Origin: Gemmatimonadaceae bacterium
GTDB taxonomy: Bacteria; Gemmatimonadota; Gemmatimonadetes; Gemmatimonadales; Gemmatimonadaceae
Direction of reading: 5' to 3'
Assembly (NCBI GenBank): GCA_045803545.1
Contig: JBJMOW010000005.1
Span: 512,001-576,000 of the forward strand
DNA length: 64,000 nucleotides
The number at the start of each line of letters is the position of its first letter. Within the stretch, counting starts at the first letter, position 1. Made by a program: the position numbers and the translations under genes. This document shows, in pieces, positions 49,242 through 60,193 of the stretch. The notes beneath the pieces were generated by a model. That model did not search any database, was not told the origin of the DNA, and was given only the letters and a program-made list of their open reading frames with translations.

Positions 49242-51227
49242 TTATTTCGCCGCTTCGCCCTCGAGGTAGGTGTAGCCTTCGAGTCCGGCGACGTAGTCCG
49301 CGATGAAGGTGTTCGCTTCCTGCCGCGTGATGCTCCTGGCGTTGCCGACCTTGCGCCGGAACGTCGCGAGTAAATCGGACGCGCGGAACTGAACGTAGTC
49401 AAGAACCTCGGTAACCGTATCACCGTGCACGAGGTCGGTGACCTCGTAGCCCTTCGACTCCGACAGGCGAATGTGGACGGCGTTGGTATCGCCGAAAAGA
49501 TTGTGCAGGTCGCCCAGGATTTCCTGGTACGCGCCGGTCAGAAAGATTCCGATGATATACGGATCGCCGTCGTTGAATGGATGCAGCTCCAGGCTCTTCC
49601 GCGCCGTGCGGTCACCAATGAAGCACTCGATCTTGCCATCCGAATCGCAAGTCACGTCCTGAATCGTCCCGCGTCTCGTCGGCTCTTCGTCGAGACGGTG
49701 AATCGGCATGATTGGGAAAATCTGATCGATCGCCCAGCTGTCTGGCAGTGACTGGAACAGCGAGAAATTGCAGAAATATCGATCTACCATCGTTGCTTCG
49801 AGATCGTCGATGATGTCGGAGTATCCGTCCCGATCGCGCTGAGCGATCTTCACCACCGTAGCGATCGTCGACAGATAAATCTGCTCCGCCATTGCGCGGT
49901 CGCGCAGCGAGAACACTCCGCTGTTGAACAGCTCCTGCGCGCGCTCCTTATCGAACGTCGCGTCATGGTAGACCTCTCGCACGCGTTTCCGCGACAGGCG
50001 CGGTTTCGCAAGGGAGCCGTAGTCCGCGAACATCTCGTGAAGAAGTGTGTGCTCGTCTTCCGTGAGCTCCGGCACCGAGACTTCGGACTGCGATTCCACG
50101 TCGATCACGCTCAACAACAGCAGCGCGTGGTGCGCCGTCAACGCCCGACCGGACTCGCTGATGATGTGCGGCATGGGCAGCTCGTGCTGCCGGCACGCCT
50201 CCGCGATGGTGTACATCACGTCGTCCGCGTACTCCTGAAGTGTGTAGTTCACACTCGCCTGGGAGGTCGAGCTGCTACCGTCATAGTCGACACCGAGTCC
50301 ACCGCCGACGTCGACGTGGGTGATGTCCACACCGAGACCACGCAACTCCGCGTAGTAGCGCGAGACTTCCTGCAGCCCCGCCTTGATGTAACGGATGTCG
50401 GTGATCTGGGATCCGAGATGGAAGTGAATCAGCTTCAGGATATCCAGCCGATTCATCGCCTTGAGCTTGTCCACCAGCCTTACCAGTTGTGCAGTGCTCA
50501 ACCCGAATTTCGATTTCTCACCGCCGCTCTTCGCCCACCGGCCGGAGCCTTCTGAATAGAGCTTGATGCGCACGCCCGCCGTGGGCGTCACACCGAGCTC
50601 GTCGGCGACCTGCAGCAGCACGTCCACTTCGCTCAGCTGTTCGAGGACGATGAAGACCTGGTGGCCCAGCTTCTGTCCCATCATCGCCAGGCGCATGAAC
50701 TCCTCGTCCTTGTAACCGTTGCACACGATCAGATGATCGGTGTGCTCGGCGAGACCGAGTATCGCCTGTAGCTCGGGCTTGCTCCCGCACTCGAGGCCGA
50801 CGCCGGCAGCTTTGCCGAATTCCACGATCTCCTCGACGACGTGACGCTGCTGATTGACTTTGATCGGATAGACCGTGGTGTACCCGCCTTCGTATCCGTA
50901 CTCATCCCGCGCCTTGACGAATTTTTCGTGAAGCGACTCGATTCGCGACCGCAGGATGTCGGAGAATCGAAGTAGCAGCGGCAACCCGACCCCCTGCTCC
51001 TCGAGATCGTTTGCCAGCTCGAACAAATCGAGCTCCCGCTCCGGCCTTTCGCGATCCGGCTTTACGACGACGTGTCCTGCGCTGTTGACATCGAAGAAGC
51101 CGATTCCCCAGCCCTCGATGTTGTAGAGTGCTTTCGCCCTGGCGATCGTCCACGGTTCTACCGGCGCCGGAGTCGGCGGCGCTGCGTGACCGTTCTTCTG
51201 CGCCGGGGGAATTCGGGTACTGGTCAT
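49242..51227 (-). CDS. speA: Biosynthetic arginine decarboxylase
   Basis: YPIKVNQ, GSKPEL, CNGYKD, HFHLGSQI, ESGRA, NFSLFQSLPD.W and TCDSDG motifs. Confidence 0.95.
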   Translation of the reverse strand: MTSTRIPPAQKNGHAAPPTPAPVEPWTIARAKALYNIEGWGIGFFDVNSAGHVVVKPDRERPERELDLFELANDLEEQGVGLPLLLRFSDILRSRIESLHEKFVKARDEYGYEGGYTTVYPIKVNQQRHVVEEIVEFGKAAGVGLECGSKPELQAILGLAEHTDHLIVCNGYKDEEFMRLAMMGQKLGHQVFIVLEQLSEVDVLLQVADELGVTPTAGVRIKLYSEGSGRWAKSGGEKSKFGLSTAQLVRLVDKLKAMNRLDILKLIHFHLGSQITDIRYIKAGLQEVSRYYAELRGLGVDITHVDVGGGLGVDYDGSSSTSQASVNYTLQEYADDVMYTIAEACRQHELPMPHIISESGRALTAHHALLLLSVIDVESQSEVSVPELTEDEHTLLHEMFADYGSLAKPRLSRKRVREVYHDATFDKERAQELFNSGVFSLRDRAMAEQIYLSTIATVVKIAQRDRDGYSDIIDDLEATMVDRYFCNFSLFQSLPDSWAIDQIFPIMPIHRLDEEPTRRGTIQDVTCDSDGKIECFIGDRTARKSLELHPFNDGDPYIIGIFLTGAYQEILGDLHNLFGDTNAVHIRLSESKGYEVTDLVHGDTVTEVLDYVQFRASDLLATFRRKVGNARSITRQEANTFIADYVAGLEGYTYLEGEAAK

Positions 51228-51270
51228 CTCACCATTTTAGGGCAATGCGGCTGTCAGTTGTAGCATCGAT

Positions 51271-51861
51271 TCAGGGATAGAGCGTTTCGATCTTCCAAGC
51301 ATCCTTGGTTCTCGTGTAGAGATGTCGTTCATGTAGACGATTGGGCTTGCCCTTCCAGAACTCGATTCTTTCCGGTGCAACGCGAAAACCCGACCAGAAG
51401 CTCGGACGAGGAACGGGTTTGCCCTCGAATTTCTTCTCGTACTCGGCAACGCGTTGGTCGAGCACACTTTCCGACTCCAGTGTGCGACTCTGCTTCGACG
51501 CCCAGGCACCAATCTGGCTGAGGCGCGCCCGGGTTGCGAAGTAAGCGTCAGCCTCCTCGTCCGAGACTTTCGATACCGCACCTTCGACACGGACCTGCGT
51601 GTCCAGGGGCGGCCAGAAAAAACAGAGCGCGGCACGTGGCTGAGCGAGAAGCTGTTTGCCTTTTCGCCCCTCGAAATTCGTGTAGAAGACGAAGCCCCGC
51701 TCGTCGAATGCCTTGAGCAGAACGATGCGGACCGACGGCTGATCGCCGTTCTCAATGGTGCCGAGCGACATTGCGTTTGGCTCGGGCATGATCGATCGGT
51801 CGATTTTCTCCGCGCGCTCGTAGACCTCGCGAAATCGCTCGATCGGATCGGGTGGAATCAA
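51271..51861 (-). CDS. pdxH: Pyridoxamine 5'-phosphate oxidase
   Basis: RIVLLK, FYTN...RKG, QVRVEG, SQIGAWASKQS and IEFW....RLHER motifs. Confidence 0.95.
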   Translation of the reverse strand: MIPPDPIERFREVYERAEKIDRSIMPEPNAMSLGTIENGDQPSVRIVLLKAFDERGFVFYTNFEGRKGKQLLAQPRAALCFFWPPLDTQVRVEGAVSKVSDEEADAYFATRARLSQIGAWASKQSRTLESESVLDQRVAEYEKKFEGKPVPRPSFWSGFRVAPERIEFWKGKPNRLHERHLYTRTKDAWKIETLYP

Positions 51862-53028
51862 CTAATACCTCGTCATGGTCGGATCGACTTCATCGATCCA
51901 GCGCAGAATTCCACCGGTGAGATTCCTCACCTCAGACAGACCGGCATCGGCGAGCTGCTCGGCGGCAAACCGACTCCTTAACCCGACCTTGCAGTAAAGA
52001 ATGGTTTCTCTTCGCTTATCGAGACGTGGAATTTCATCGGCGATGCGGCTGAGTGGAACGAGCCGCGCGCCGGGAATGTGGCCAAGCTCCCACTCAAACG
52101 GCTCGCGCACATCGATGATCTCCAGATCATCTCCCGTCGCTAGACGTTCGGCCAGCTGCGCGGGCAGAATTTCGCTCACTTCTCCACGGCTCCCGTCAGC
52201 TAAGCTCACGCCGTTGCAGAATTCGTCGTAATCGATCAGCTGCCTGATCTCTCGCGTTCCGCACGCCGGGCACTCGGGGTCACGCTGAATTTCGATCGTG
52301 CGGAACGTCATTGTGAGTGCGTCGATCGTTAGTAATCGTCCGACGAGCGAGTCACCGAGACCGAGTAGAACTTTGATCGCTTCGGTCGCCTGGATCGTTC
52401 CGATCAGGCCTGGAACCACCCCCAGCACGCCCGCTTCGGCGCAGTTGGGAATCAGTTGAGGCGGCGGTGGTTCTCTAAATAGACAGCGGTAGCATGGGCC
52501 GTTGGGCGTACCGAAGACGGACACCTGACCCTCGAAGCGATGCACTGCGCCGTAGACATTCGGAATGCCGAGCAACACCGAGCTGTCGTTGATCAGATAC
52601 CTCGTCGCGAAGTTATCGGTGCCGTCGACGATGAGATCGTAATCCCGCGCAATCTCGAGCGCGTTGGCGGAAGTGATTCGCGTTGCGTACGACTCGACGA
52701 GAACGTGCGGGTTGATGTCGCCCAGCCGCTCGCGCGCGGAATCGAGCTTTGATTTGCCGACTGCCGCGGATCCGTGAAGTATCTGACGCTGGAGGTTTGT
52801 TAGATCGACGTCGTCGTAGTCGACGAGTCCGATCGTGCCGACACCGGCGGCCGCCAGATACATTGCGATTGGCGATCCCAGGCCGCCAGCGCCGACGAGC
52901 AGAACACGCGAGGATTTGAGGCGTCGCTGGCCAGCCTCACCAACCTGCGGCAGCAGGATGTGGCGGCTGTAGCGCACCTGTTCTTCGCGGCTTAGCTCGC
53001 TCGTTGGGTCGACGCGTCTGTTATTCAC
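51862..53028 (-). CDS. moeB: MoeB/ThiF adenylyltransferase with C-terminal rhodanese domain (MoeZ-type)
   Basis: RYSRHI, GAGGLGSP, NLQRQ, DGTDNF, CYRC, CAEAGV and CPAC motifs. Rhodanese motif CKVGLRS. Confidence 0.92.
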   Translation of the reverse strand: MNNRRVDPTSELSREEQVRYSRHILLPQVGEAGQRRLKSSRVLLVGAGGLGSPIAMYLAAAGVGTIGLVDYDDVDLTNLQRQILHGSAAVGKSKLDSARERLGDINPHVLVESYATRITSANALEIARDYDLIVDGTDNFATRYLINDSSVLLGIPNVYGAVHRFEGQVSVFGTPNGPCYRCLFREPPPPQLIPNCAEAGVLGVVPGLIGTIQATEAIKVLLGLGDSLVGRLLTIDALTMTFRTIEIQRDPECPACGTREIRQLIDYDEFCNGVSLADGSRGEVSEILPAQLAERLATGDDLEIIDVREPFEWELGHIPGARLVPLSRIADEIPRLDKRRETILYCKVGLRSRFAAEQLADAGLSEVRNLTGGILRWIDEVDPTMTRY

Positions 53029-53121
53029 GGCGTGGTATATTGCGCGGAGATGCTGGGAGCTACAACTAGGACGCTAACCACCGGCGCTCCTTCCAGCAAC
53101 GCTTTCGGAGCCGACTCGCGA

Positions 53122-54567
53122 ATGATCTTCAAGCGCTTTTACGACGACAATCTTGCTCAGGCGAGCTATCTGATTGCGTGCGAGCGGACACGCGAGGCGA
53201 TCGTTGTCGATCCGAACGCGGACATAGGTGTCTACACGCGTGCGGCTGGCGCCGATCGTCTGCGCATTACCGGCGTCACAGAAACCCACATCCATGCGGA
53301 CTTTCTTTCCGGAACGCGCGAGCTCGCCGAAGCCGCCGGCGCCAGGATGCACCTGTCGGGGGAAGGCGGCGAGTTCGGTTATGCTCCGGGCGCGCTTAAG
53401 CGAGCTAATGCGCTGCGCGACGGCGCTCGAATCGACGTTGGCGACGTGCGTGTAACAGTTTCTCATACTCCCGGCCACACTCCTGAGCATCTGACTTTCC
53501 TCGTCAGCGATCTGGCGCGCGGCGAAGAATCCATCGGTGCGCTCACCGGCGATTTCATTTTTGTCGGCGATGTCGGGCGACCAGACCTGCTGGAGAAGAC
53601 GGTCGGTGTGAGTGGCACTATGCAGGACTCGGCGCGGCAGCTTTTCAGGTCGATCGCGCGCTTCGCGAAGATGCCTGATCATCTGCAGCTCTGGCCGGGG
53701 CACGGAGCCGGTTCGGCTTGCGGCAAGTCACTGGGCGCAATGCCGCAATCGACGCTTGGATATGAGAAGCTGTTCAACTGGGCATTTGCCGAAATGCCGG
53801 AGGACAAGTTTGTCGACAAGGTCCTCGAGAACCAGCCGGTCCCGCCGCGGTATTTCGCAAGAATGAAGCGATTGAACCGCACGATGGACAGACACGGAAA
53901 GAATCCCGAGTGCACCCGGTTGTCGTTTGTCGAACTCGAGACCGCCATTACACAGGGGGACCCGATTGTCGACACGCGTTCCGCGGAGAAGTTTGCTGCA
54001 GGACACATCCCGGGAACGCTAAACATCCCTCTGGGCAAGTCGTTTCTTAACTGGCTGGGCGCATTAGTCGACGCTGACCGCCAACTATATCTCATCGCTG
54101 AATCGGAGAGCGATGAATCGATCGAGGCAGTCCTTGACGATTTGTGCAAGATCGGAATGATAAATGTCGCCGGATACTTCGGCAGCGATGTCGTGCAGGA
54201 TTGGAGATCCCGGCGCGGCGCGATTGAAAAGGTGAAGCGAGTCGACGTGGCCGGGCTGCAGGCATCGAATGGTAAGAATGCGCAGATCATCGACGTCCGC
54301 AGTCCGGATGAATGGAGTCACGGCCACATTCCCGACGCACGACACATTCCTCTCGCCTCCCTTCCCGACCGGATTGCTGAAATCGACGCATCGCGTCCGG
54401 TGATTCTCCAGTGTCGTGGTGGCGGCCGCTCGGCGATTGCGACGAGTCTGCTGCTGTCACGCGGCATATCTAACGTTTCGAATCTGATCGGCGGGTACGA
54501 CGCGTGGGCCGCACAACGACTTCCGACTGAAACTCCGTCGCAACCGAACGAGTCGAAGCGCCGCTAG
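53122..54567 (+). CDS. MBL-fold persulfide dioxygenase with two rhodanese domains (CstB/Blh-like)
   Basis: ETHIHADF, TPGHTPEH, GDVGRPDL, PGHGAGSACGK and C-terminal CRGGGRS motifs. Confidence 0.85.
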   Translation: MIFKRFYDDNLAQASYLIACERTREAIVVDPNADIGVYTRAAGADRLRITGVTETHIHADFLSGTRELAEAAGARMHLSGEGGEFGYAPGALKRANALRDGARIDVGDVRVTVSHTPGHTPEHLTFLVSDLARGEESIGALTGDFIFVGDVGRPDLLEKTVGVSGTMQDSARQLFRSIARFAKMPDHLQLWPGHGAGSACGKSLGAMPQSTLGYEKLFNWAFAEMPEDKFVDKVLENQPVPPRYFARMKRLNRTMDRHGKNPECTRLSFVELETAITQGDPIVDTRSAEKFAAGHIPGTLNIPLGKSFLNWLGALVDADRQLYLIAESESDESIEAVLDDLCKIGMINVAGYFGSDVVQDWRSRRGAIEKVKRVDVAGLQASNGKNAQIIDVRSPDEWSHGHIPDARHIPLASLPDRIAEIDASRPVILQCRGGGRSAIATSLLLSRGISNVSNLIGGYDAWAAQRLPTETPSQPNESKRR

Positions 54568-54581
54568 CGAGTGTTGTAACA

Positions 54582-56468
54582 ATGAGTCACCCGGTCTTCA
54601 TACCTGCGCCGCTCGGCAGACGGCGCGGATCAGCGGGGCCAGCAGCGCCAGCCAGCTGGAAAGAGCGCCTCGAGGCGCTTCGCTACGTTCCAGCGCTATT
54701 CCGACTGATCTGGCGCACACACCGCGGTTACACGCTGGCAATGATGGTGCTGCGCGTCATCCGCTCGGTGGTGCCCGTAGCAACCTTCTGGGTCGGCAAG
54801 CTCATTCTCGATTCGGTGATTGCGACCAAAGCGGGGACAGGGCCAATCACCAATGTCTGGCGCTATCTGGCGTTGGAGCTGGCGATCGTGCTCGGAGCCG
54901 AGATTCTCGCGCGCGCCTCGTCGCTGACCGAAAGCCTGCTCGGCGACCTCTTCTCGAATGAGATGAGTATCGAGCTGATGGACCACGCAGCCAAGCTCGA
55001 TCTGGCGCAATTCGAGGATCCCGAGTTTTATGACCATCTCGAGCGCGCGCGTCGACAGACCGTGGGTCGAATTGCGCTGCTTACCCTCCTGCTGTCGATG
55101 TCGCAGGACGCGCTCACGTTGCTGACGCTGGCCGGCGCACTCATCGCCTACAACCCGTGGCTGCTCCTGCTACTCGCGTTAGCCGTGATACCGAGCTTTC
55201 TCGGCGAGACTCATTTTGCCTCGCTCGGTTATTCGCTGTTGTTCCGCTGGACTCCGGAGCGACGTCAGCTCGACTACCTGCGTTATGTCGGAGCCAGCGA
55301 CAAGACTGCCAAGGAAGTCCAGATGTTCGGGCTCGCGCCGTGGCTGACCGATCGGTATCGGGTGTTGTCGACGAGGTTCTACGAGGAGAATCGCAATCTC
55401 TCCGTTCGGCGCGGTATCGTCAGCGCACTGCTCTCGATTATCGGAACGGTCGGATACTACTCGGCGTACGTCGTAATTCTGATTCGCGCCGTGCGTGGCG
55501 ATATCACCATCGGTACGCTCACCTTCCTCGCCGCGTCGTTTGGCAGAGGGCGAGATGTGATCCAGAACATTCTGCTCTCGGCGAGCAACGTGTTCGAGCA
55601 AGCTCTCTACCTGCGCGATCTGTTCGTCTTTCTCGACATGCGTCCGACGATCGAGTCACCACCAAACGCGCGCCTGGTGCCGGATACAGTTCGCGACGGA
55701 TTCGTTTTTGACGACGTCGGGTTCCAGTATCCTGGTAGCGAGCGATGGGCAATACGCAATGTCAACTTCACCTTGAAACCAGGGGAGCGGGTGGCGCTGG
55801 TTGGCGAGAACGGCGCCGGCAAAACAACTATTACCAAGCTACTCGCTCGACTCTACGATCCGACGGAGGGGCGTATCACCCTCGACGGCGTCGATCTGCG
55901 TGAGTATGACCTCGCCAGCCTGCGTCGCGCAATTGGCGTGATTTTCCAGGATTTCGTTCGCTATGACATGCGATTCGACGAGAACATCGGAGTTGGTGAG
56001 ATCGATTCCGTGCGTGATGATCTCGACAAGCAGAACGGCACTCCGGCCTCGATTACGTCAGCGGCGGAGAACTCGCTGGCGGCGTCGTTGCTACCGCGGT
56101 TTCCCAAGCGCTACCAACAGATGTTGGGACGACGTTTCGAAGATGGCGTCGATCTGTCAGGCGGTGAATGGCAGAAGATTGCGCTCGCCCGCGCGTACAT
56201 CCGGGATGCGCAGGTACTCATTCTGGACGAGCCCACCGCCGCGCTCGATGCGCGCGCGGAATACGAGGTGTTCGTGCGCTTCTCTGAGCTCGTTGCAGGA
56301 AGAATGGCAGTGCTGATCTCGCACCGCTTCTCGACTGTCCGGATGGCAGACCGCATCATCGTGCTTCGCCACGGCCGTGTCGAGGAAGAAGGCTCACATG
56401 AAGAGCTCCTCGAGAAAAAGGGACTCTATGAGGAGCTGTTCACCATGCAGGCCGCCGGATACAGATAA
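54582..56468 (+). CDS. ABC transporter, fused permease/ATP-binding protein
   Basis: TM domain, GENGAGKTT, LSGGEWQ and ILDEPTAALD motifs. Confidence 0.92.
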   Translation: MSHPVFIPAPLGRRRGSAGPAAPASWKERLEALRYVPALFRLIWRTHRGYTLAMMVLRVIRSVVPVATFWVGKLILDSVIATKAGTGPITNVWRYLALELAIVLGAEILARASSLTESLLGDLFSNEMSIELMDHAAKLDLAQFEDPEFYDHLERARRQTVGRIALLTLLLSMSQDALTLLTLAGALIAYNPWLLLLLALAVIPSFLGETHFASLGYSLLFRWTPERRQLDYLRYVGASDKTAKEVQMFGLAPWLTDRYRVLSTRFYEENRNLSVRRGIVSALLSIIGTVGYYSAYVVILIRAVRGDITIGTLTFLAASFGRGRDVIQNILLSASNVFEQALYLRDLFVFLDMRPTIESPPNARLVPDTVRDGFVFDDVGFQYPGSERWAIRNVNFTLKPGERVALVGENGAGKTTITKLLARLYDPTEGRITLDGVDLREYDLASLRRAIGVIFQDFVRYDMRFDENIGVGEIDSVRDDLDKQNGTPASITSAAENSLAASLLPRFPKRYQQMLGRRFEDGVDLSGGEWQKIALARAYIRDAQVLILDEPTAALDARAEYEVFVRFSELVAGRMAVLISHRFSTVRMADRIIVLRHGRVEEEGSHEELLEKKGLYEELFTMQAAGYR

Positions 56469-56561
56469 GACTTATCCGCACTGCTCTCGGCGTTGACGGT
56501 GGTCGCGGCCGAGCCGGCCGCGATCATAAGACCACGGGTTTGATGTGAATGCACGCCCATA

Positions 56562-57392
56562 TCAGCCCTTGGGAATTGGAATGTCGTTCCAGCGCGCCTG
56601 ATCGAAGGTGCCGGCTGGAAATTCTTCGTTGATTCGCACGTCGGCGTACTCTTCGCGCCACACTGGCTTCCCGTTGCGAATCACCAGGAACTCGGTCGGG
56701 ATGTCGAACCCTTCGATTTCCTTGTAGCTCTGGACGCGCATATCGCTGACAACGGTGCGGTCGCCGTTCTTTGCACGCTGTATAAAGCGGACCAGACGGA
56801 GATTGTCCTTGTCGACCCAGAATTGGTTCGATGTAGTATCGCCGGCTTTCGCGCCAACCACGTACACAGGCTGGCCCTGCCAGTCGTCGCTGCGAATGAT
56901 CTCCGTATCGACGTGAAGCGAGTCGAGGCCCTTCGTGATACTCGCCATTGGCGAGACGTAGACGTCCGCCGTAAGGAGCAGCAGCGGATTTATCGACGGG
57001 CGAAAATCGACGCGAATTCCGTTGTCGAACGACGCGACGCGATCGTCGACCTGCACAAGTCCGCTCTTCTGCGTCGCAGGCAGAAACGCGATTCGCAGTT
57101 TGCCGGGCACCTCGAGATGCTCGTACCACTGCGATTTGCGCTCCTGGCCGGTCGGCGTGTACGACGTGTTGTTCTGCAGAAAACTGATCGTCCTCACATA
57201 CTTGCCGTCGTACCGGTCGTGCATCGCCTTCAGAAGTTCACTCGAGCTGGTAACACGAGCCTTCGATGCCGAACGCGAGCTGGTGGTGGTCGTCTTCTTG
57301 GCGGGCTCGGGGGCCGTCTCGGTCGACGCCTTCGACTGAAAGTATGAGCAACCGGAGATGACGAGAGTCGCGAGTAGTATTCGTGCGCGCAT
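56562..57392 (-). CDS. Hypothetical lipoprotein (LolA-like/lipoprotein-sorting-like fold possible)
   Basis: Lipobox ISG|C, beta-rich body, QFWVDKD.LRLVR motif. Confidence 0.65.
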   Translation of the reverse strand: MRARILLATLVISGCSYFQSKASTETAPEPAKKTTTTSSRSASKARVTSSSELLKAMHDRYDGKYVRTISFLQNNTSYTPTGQERKSQWYEHLEVPGKLRIAFLPATQKSGLVQVDDRVASFDNGIRVDFRPSINPLLLLTADVYVSPMASITKGLDSLHVDTEIIRSDDWQGQPVYVVGAKAGDTTSNQFWVDKDNLRLVRFIQRAKNGDRTVVSDMRVQSYKEIEGFDIPTEFLVIRNGKPVWREEYADVRINEEFPAGTFDQARWNDIPIPKG

Positions 57393-57395
57393 TGG

Positions 57396-60143
57396 CTAAT
57401 CCCCGAGAGTGTTTCGATACAAGAGTGCGTTGAACAACAACTTGAAAGTACCGTGCGGCTGCGACCGGAAATAAGGGTCCGCGCCATAAAGCACCAGCAT
57501 GCCCCGACCTACCGGCGCCTGCAGCACTTCTGTTACACCGTTCAGGTACCTTTGGCCCCACGCCCAACCACTCCGTAACGGCGCCGGGTTATCGATCCAC
57601 ACTACCCTCTTAACACCGCGCGCCTCAGCTGCGGGAAGCAGCCTGAATGCTTCGGCGTTGTCGTAGTAGAAGTCGGTGATAGGCCGCACTCCTTGCGCGA
57701 GCGACGCGGTCGTGTCGACCCGCATGCTCAGAATCGAGCCCGGGACGTAGAATCTGGTGCGCGGCAAGGCGCGTCCGGAACTGTCGACGAGGGCGTTGGC
57801 GATTGGCAGCTGCAGCTGAATTCCGAGATCGGTCGCCGAGCCGATGGCGAGAATGGTCCCGCCCGCGTTCAGGAATTCGAGCAGCTTCGGAATGGTCGCC
57901 GCAACGGTGAGGCCACCGAGTCGATCGCGATATTCTTCCGGAACGTCTTCGGGATTTATCCGCTGCGCCTGCCGCGCACCTGGCCGCAGGAAATTGACTC
58001 CATCCGGCAGGATCAGGACATCGTATTTCGAAATCAGATTACCGGCGTCCAGCTGAGACGGGTACACGACCTCGTACGGGAACTCGAACTGCTCCAGTAC
58101 GAATCGCGCCCACCCCGATGTTATAAGCCCGCCGTACTGGTCATACAGACCAATGCGCGGCGCCTTGATCGGCTTCAGTATGTTCGGCGACAGATCGGTA
58201 TCGATCGGATCAAACTCCAATCCCTTCTCGGTCGCGACACGCGACACCACCGGTCGGGTTCCCGGTTTGGCGCGAACGAAGAAAGTGCCCACGTCGTAAA
58301 TCTTGCCGTTGATGTTGAGCGGAGATCTCAGCGAGTAAACCTCTTCTCCGTGAGCGAGCAGGCGGTTCACTGCAGTGAACGCGTCGTTCTGGGAATGGCT
58401 TAGCACGTAGCCGTCGGCGGCTGGCCCAACACGCTCCGCCTGTGGCCGGGCGAACCCGATTACGGGACTGAACGGTCCGCCAAACGGCTCGAGAATTCGA
58501 TCGAACTGTACACCCATTTGATAGGCGAGCGTCCAGCCGGCGTTGTCGTACGGCGGAATCGGAGGTCCACCAGGATAGCTGAAGTCGTTCGGGTGATCCT
58601 GTGGCTCGAACATGTCGAGGATGTGCGGGCGAAATGCCTGCGCAGTCTTTATTACAAAAGACCCCGCCGGATAGGACTTGTCGCCGACGGTGAACGAGGC
58701 GGTTGCCCGTAAAACGCTGATGCCAGTCTTGATCAGCGTATTTACGAACTTTGTCGCAGTAGGAAAATCCGGTTGGTCGCCCGAGATTATGTACCCACGC
58801 GGATCACGGTCACTCGGATTGCGCATGATGCTGTTGTAGGCCGCCATCTCCGCCGGCGTCGTGGTCATCGGGCCGCCACCGGTCGGCCGGACGGTATCCT
58901 GAGGCAGCGCGGTCTGCAACGCCGCTACTTTTTTCGGCGTGGTCGTCCAGCTGTCGGTGTTGCCGCGCTGAATCGAGTTCCGACCCATCTGATAGATGTT
59001 GTAGAGCAGCGTTTCGCGGTACCGCGAGGCGACATCCAGCACCGCGCGGTTGGCGGTGAGCTCATAGGCGATTGACTGCGCGAAATGCCACTTCTGCGGT
59101 GCGATCGGCATCGGATAATCGCCTTTCGGCAGTAGCTTTTCAGGAACGAGCGGGATCTCGATCGGTGTCGGATTCCCGATTGCTTCCGTCAACAGTCCGA
59201 TCATGTTGTGGAAATACACCGTCGTCCTTAATCCGCCGTTCCACCACGTCGAATAGTTCGATCCACTTCGCATCGTCGCGCCTGGCTTCCCCTCGGCGAC
59301 AAAACGCGAATGCATTGCTGCGCCGACGAGGTCGAGCTCCATCGGCACCAGCGGATCGAAGTTGTAATTGAACGGATCCCGGAACGGGGGTGCGAAGATC
59401 ACCGTACCGGGGGGACCGGTCTGGTGGTGATTGTACATGATCTGCGGATACCAGGCGCGAAACAGAATACTGTCCATTGCCTGTGTTTCCGGTTGTGATG
59501 CCATGTATGCGTCGCGGTTGTTGTCGTGACCGACGTACTTGTGATAAAGTCGTGGCAGGCGAGCTGTAGTGCGTTTCAGTGTGTCGGCATCACGCATGTA
59601 CCAGTCGGACACGAGCTCCTGGCCGTCCGGATTGGCTGGAACGAGCAGGATGATGTCGTCGCGCAGGAATCGAAGAGTCTCTGGATCCGTTCGGCTGACC
59701 AGCTCGTAAGTCGTCTCGATGAGCTGCTGCGCCCCGAGTACTTCACTCGCGTGCAAGCCACCATCGATCCAGACCACCGCCTTGCCTTCCGACGCGAGCT
59801 TGTGTGCCTGCGCATCAGTCAGTCCTTCCGCGAGCGCCAGCCGGCGCGAGATGTTTTGATAATGGGCGAGCTTCTTCTGGTTCTCCGGCGACGTAACGAT
59901 CGCCATGATGATCGGTCGCCCTTCCGCCGTGCTGCCGATTCGCACGAGACGCATGCGATCGGACTCGCGATCGAGCTTGCGCCAGTACTCGAGCATCTGG
60001 GTGTAGTCGGCGAGGAAATAATCGTCGCCAATGTTGTGACCGAACTGTGCCAACGGCGAAGTGATACCGCGTTGCGCCATCATGGGTGGCGCAGCCACGA
60101 GCAGCAGAGCGATGGAGAGCGCTTTGAATCTGAGGCTTCTCAT
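57396..60143 (-). CDS. M14 family zinc carboxypeptidase-domain protein
   Basis: Signal peptide, GLHASE, NPDG, HDNNRD and YNHHQ motifs, and a C-terminal GATase-like domain. Confidence 0.85.
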   Translation of the reverse strand: MRSLRFKALSIALLLVAAPPMMAQRGITSPLAQFGHNIGDDYFLADYTQMLEYWRKLDRESDRMRLVRIGSTAEGRPIIMAIVTSPENQKKLAHYQNISRRLALAEGLTDAQAHKLASEGKAVVWIDGGLHASEVLGAQQLIETTYELVSRTDPETLRFLRDDIILLVPANPDGQELVSDWYMRDADTLKRTTARLPRLYHKYVGHDNNRDAYMASQPETQAMDSILFRAWYPQIMYNHHQTGPPGTVIFAPPFRDPFNYNFDPLVPMELDLVGAAMHSRFVAEGKPGATMRSGSNYSTWWNGGLRTTVYFHNMIGLLTEAIGNPTPIEIPLVPEKLLPKGDYPMPIAPQKWHFAQSIAYELTANRAVLDVASRYRETLLYNIYQMGRNSIQRGNTDSWTTTPKKVAALQTALPQDTVRPTGGGPMTTTPAEMAAYNSIMRNPSDRDPRGYIISGDQPDFPTATKFVNTLIKTGISVLRATASFTVGDKSYPAGSFVIKTAQAFRPHILDMFEPQDHPNDFSYPGGPPIPPYDNAGWTLAYQMGVQFDRILEPFGGPFSPVIGFARPQAERVGPAADGYVLSHSQNDAFTAVNRLLAHGEEVYSLRSPLNINGKIYDVGTFFVRAKPGTRPVVSRVATEKGLEFDPIDTDLSPNILKPIKAPRIGLYDQYGGLITSGWARFVLEQFEFPYEVVYPSQLDAGNLISKYDVLILPDGVNFLRPGARQAQRINPEDVPEEYRDRLGGLTVAATIPKLLEFLNAGGTILAIGSATDLGIQLQLPIANALVDSSGRALPRTRFYVPGSILSMRVDTTASLAQGVRPITDFYYDNAEAFRLLPAAEARGVKRVVWIDNPAPLRSGWAWGQRYLNGVTEVLQAPVGRGMLVLYGADPYFRSQPHGTFKLLFNALLYRNTLGD

Positions 60144-60193
60144 GCTACGAATCGGAGTGGGAGTCGCAGGGAAATCGCGAGTGCAGCGGAAAT

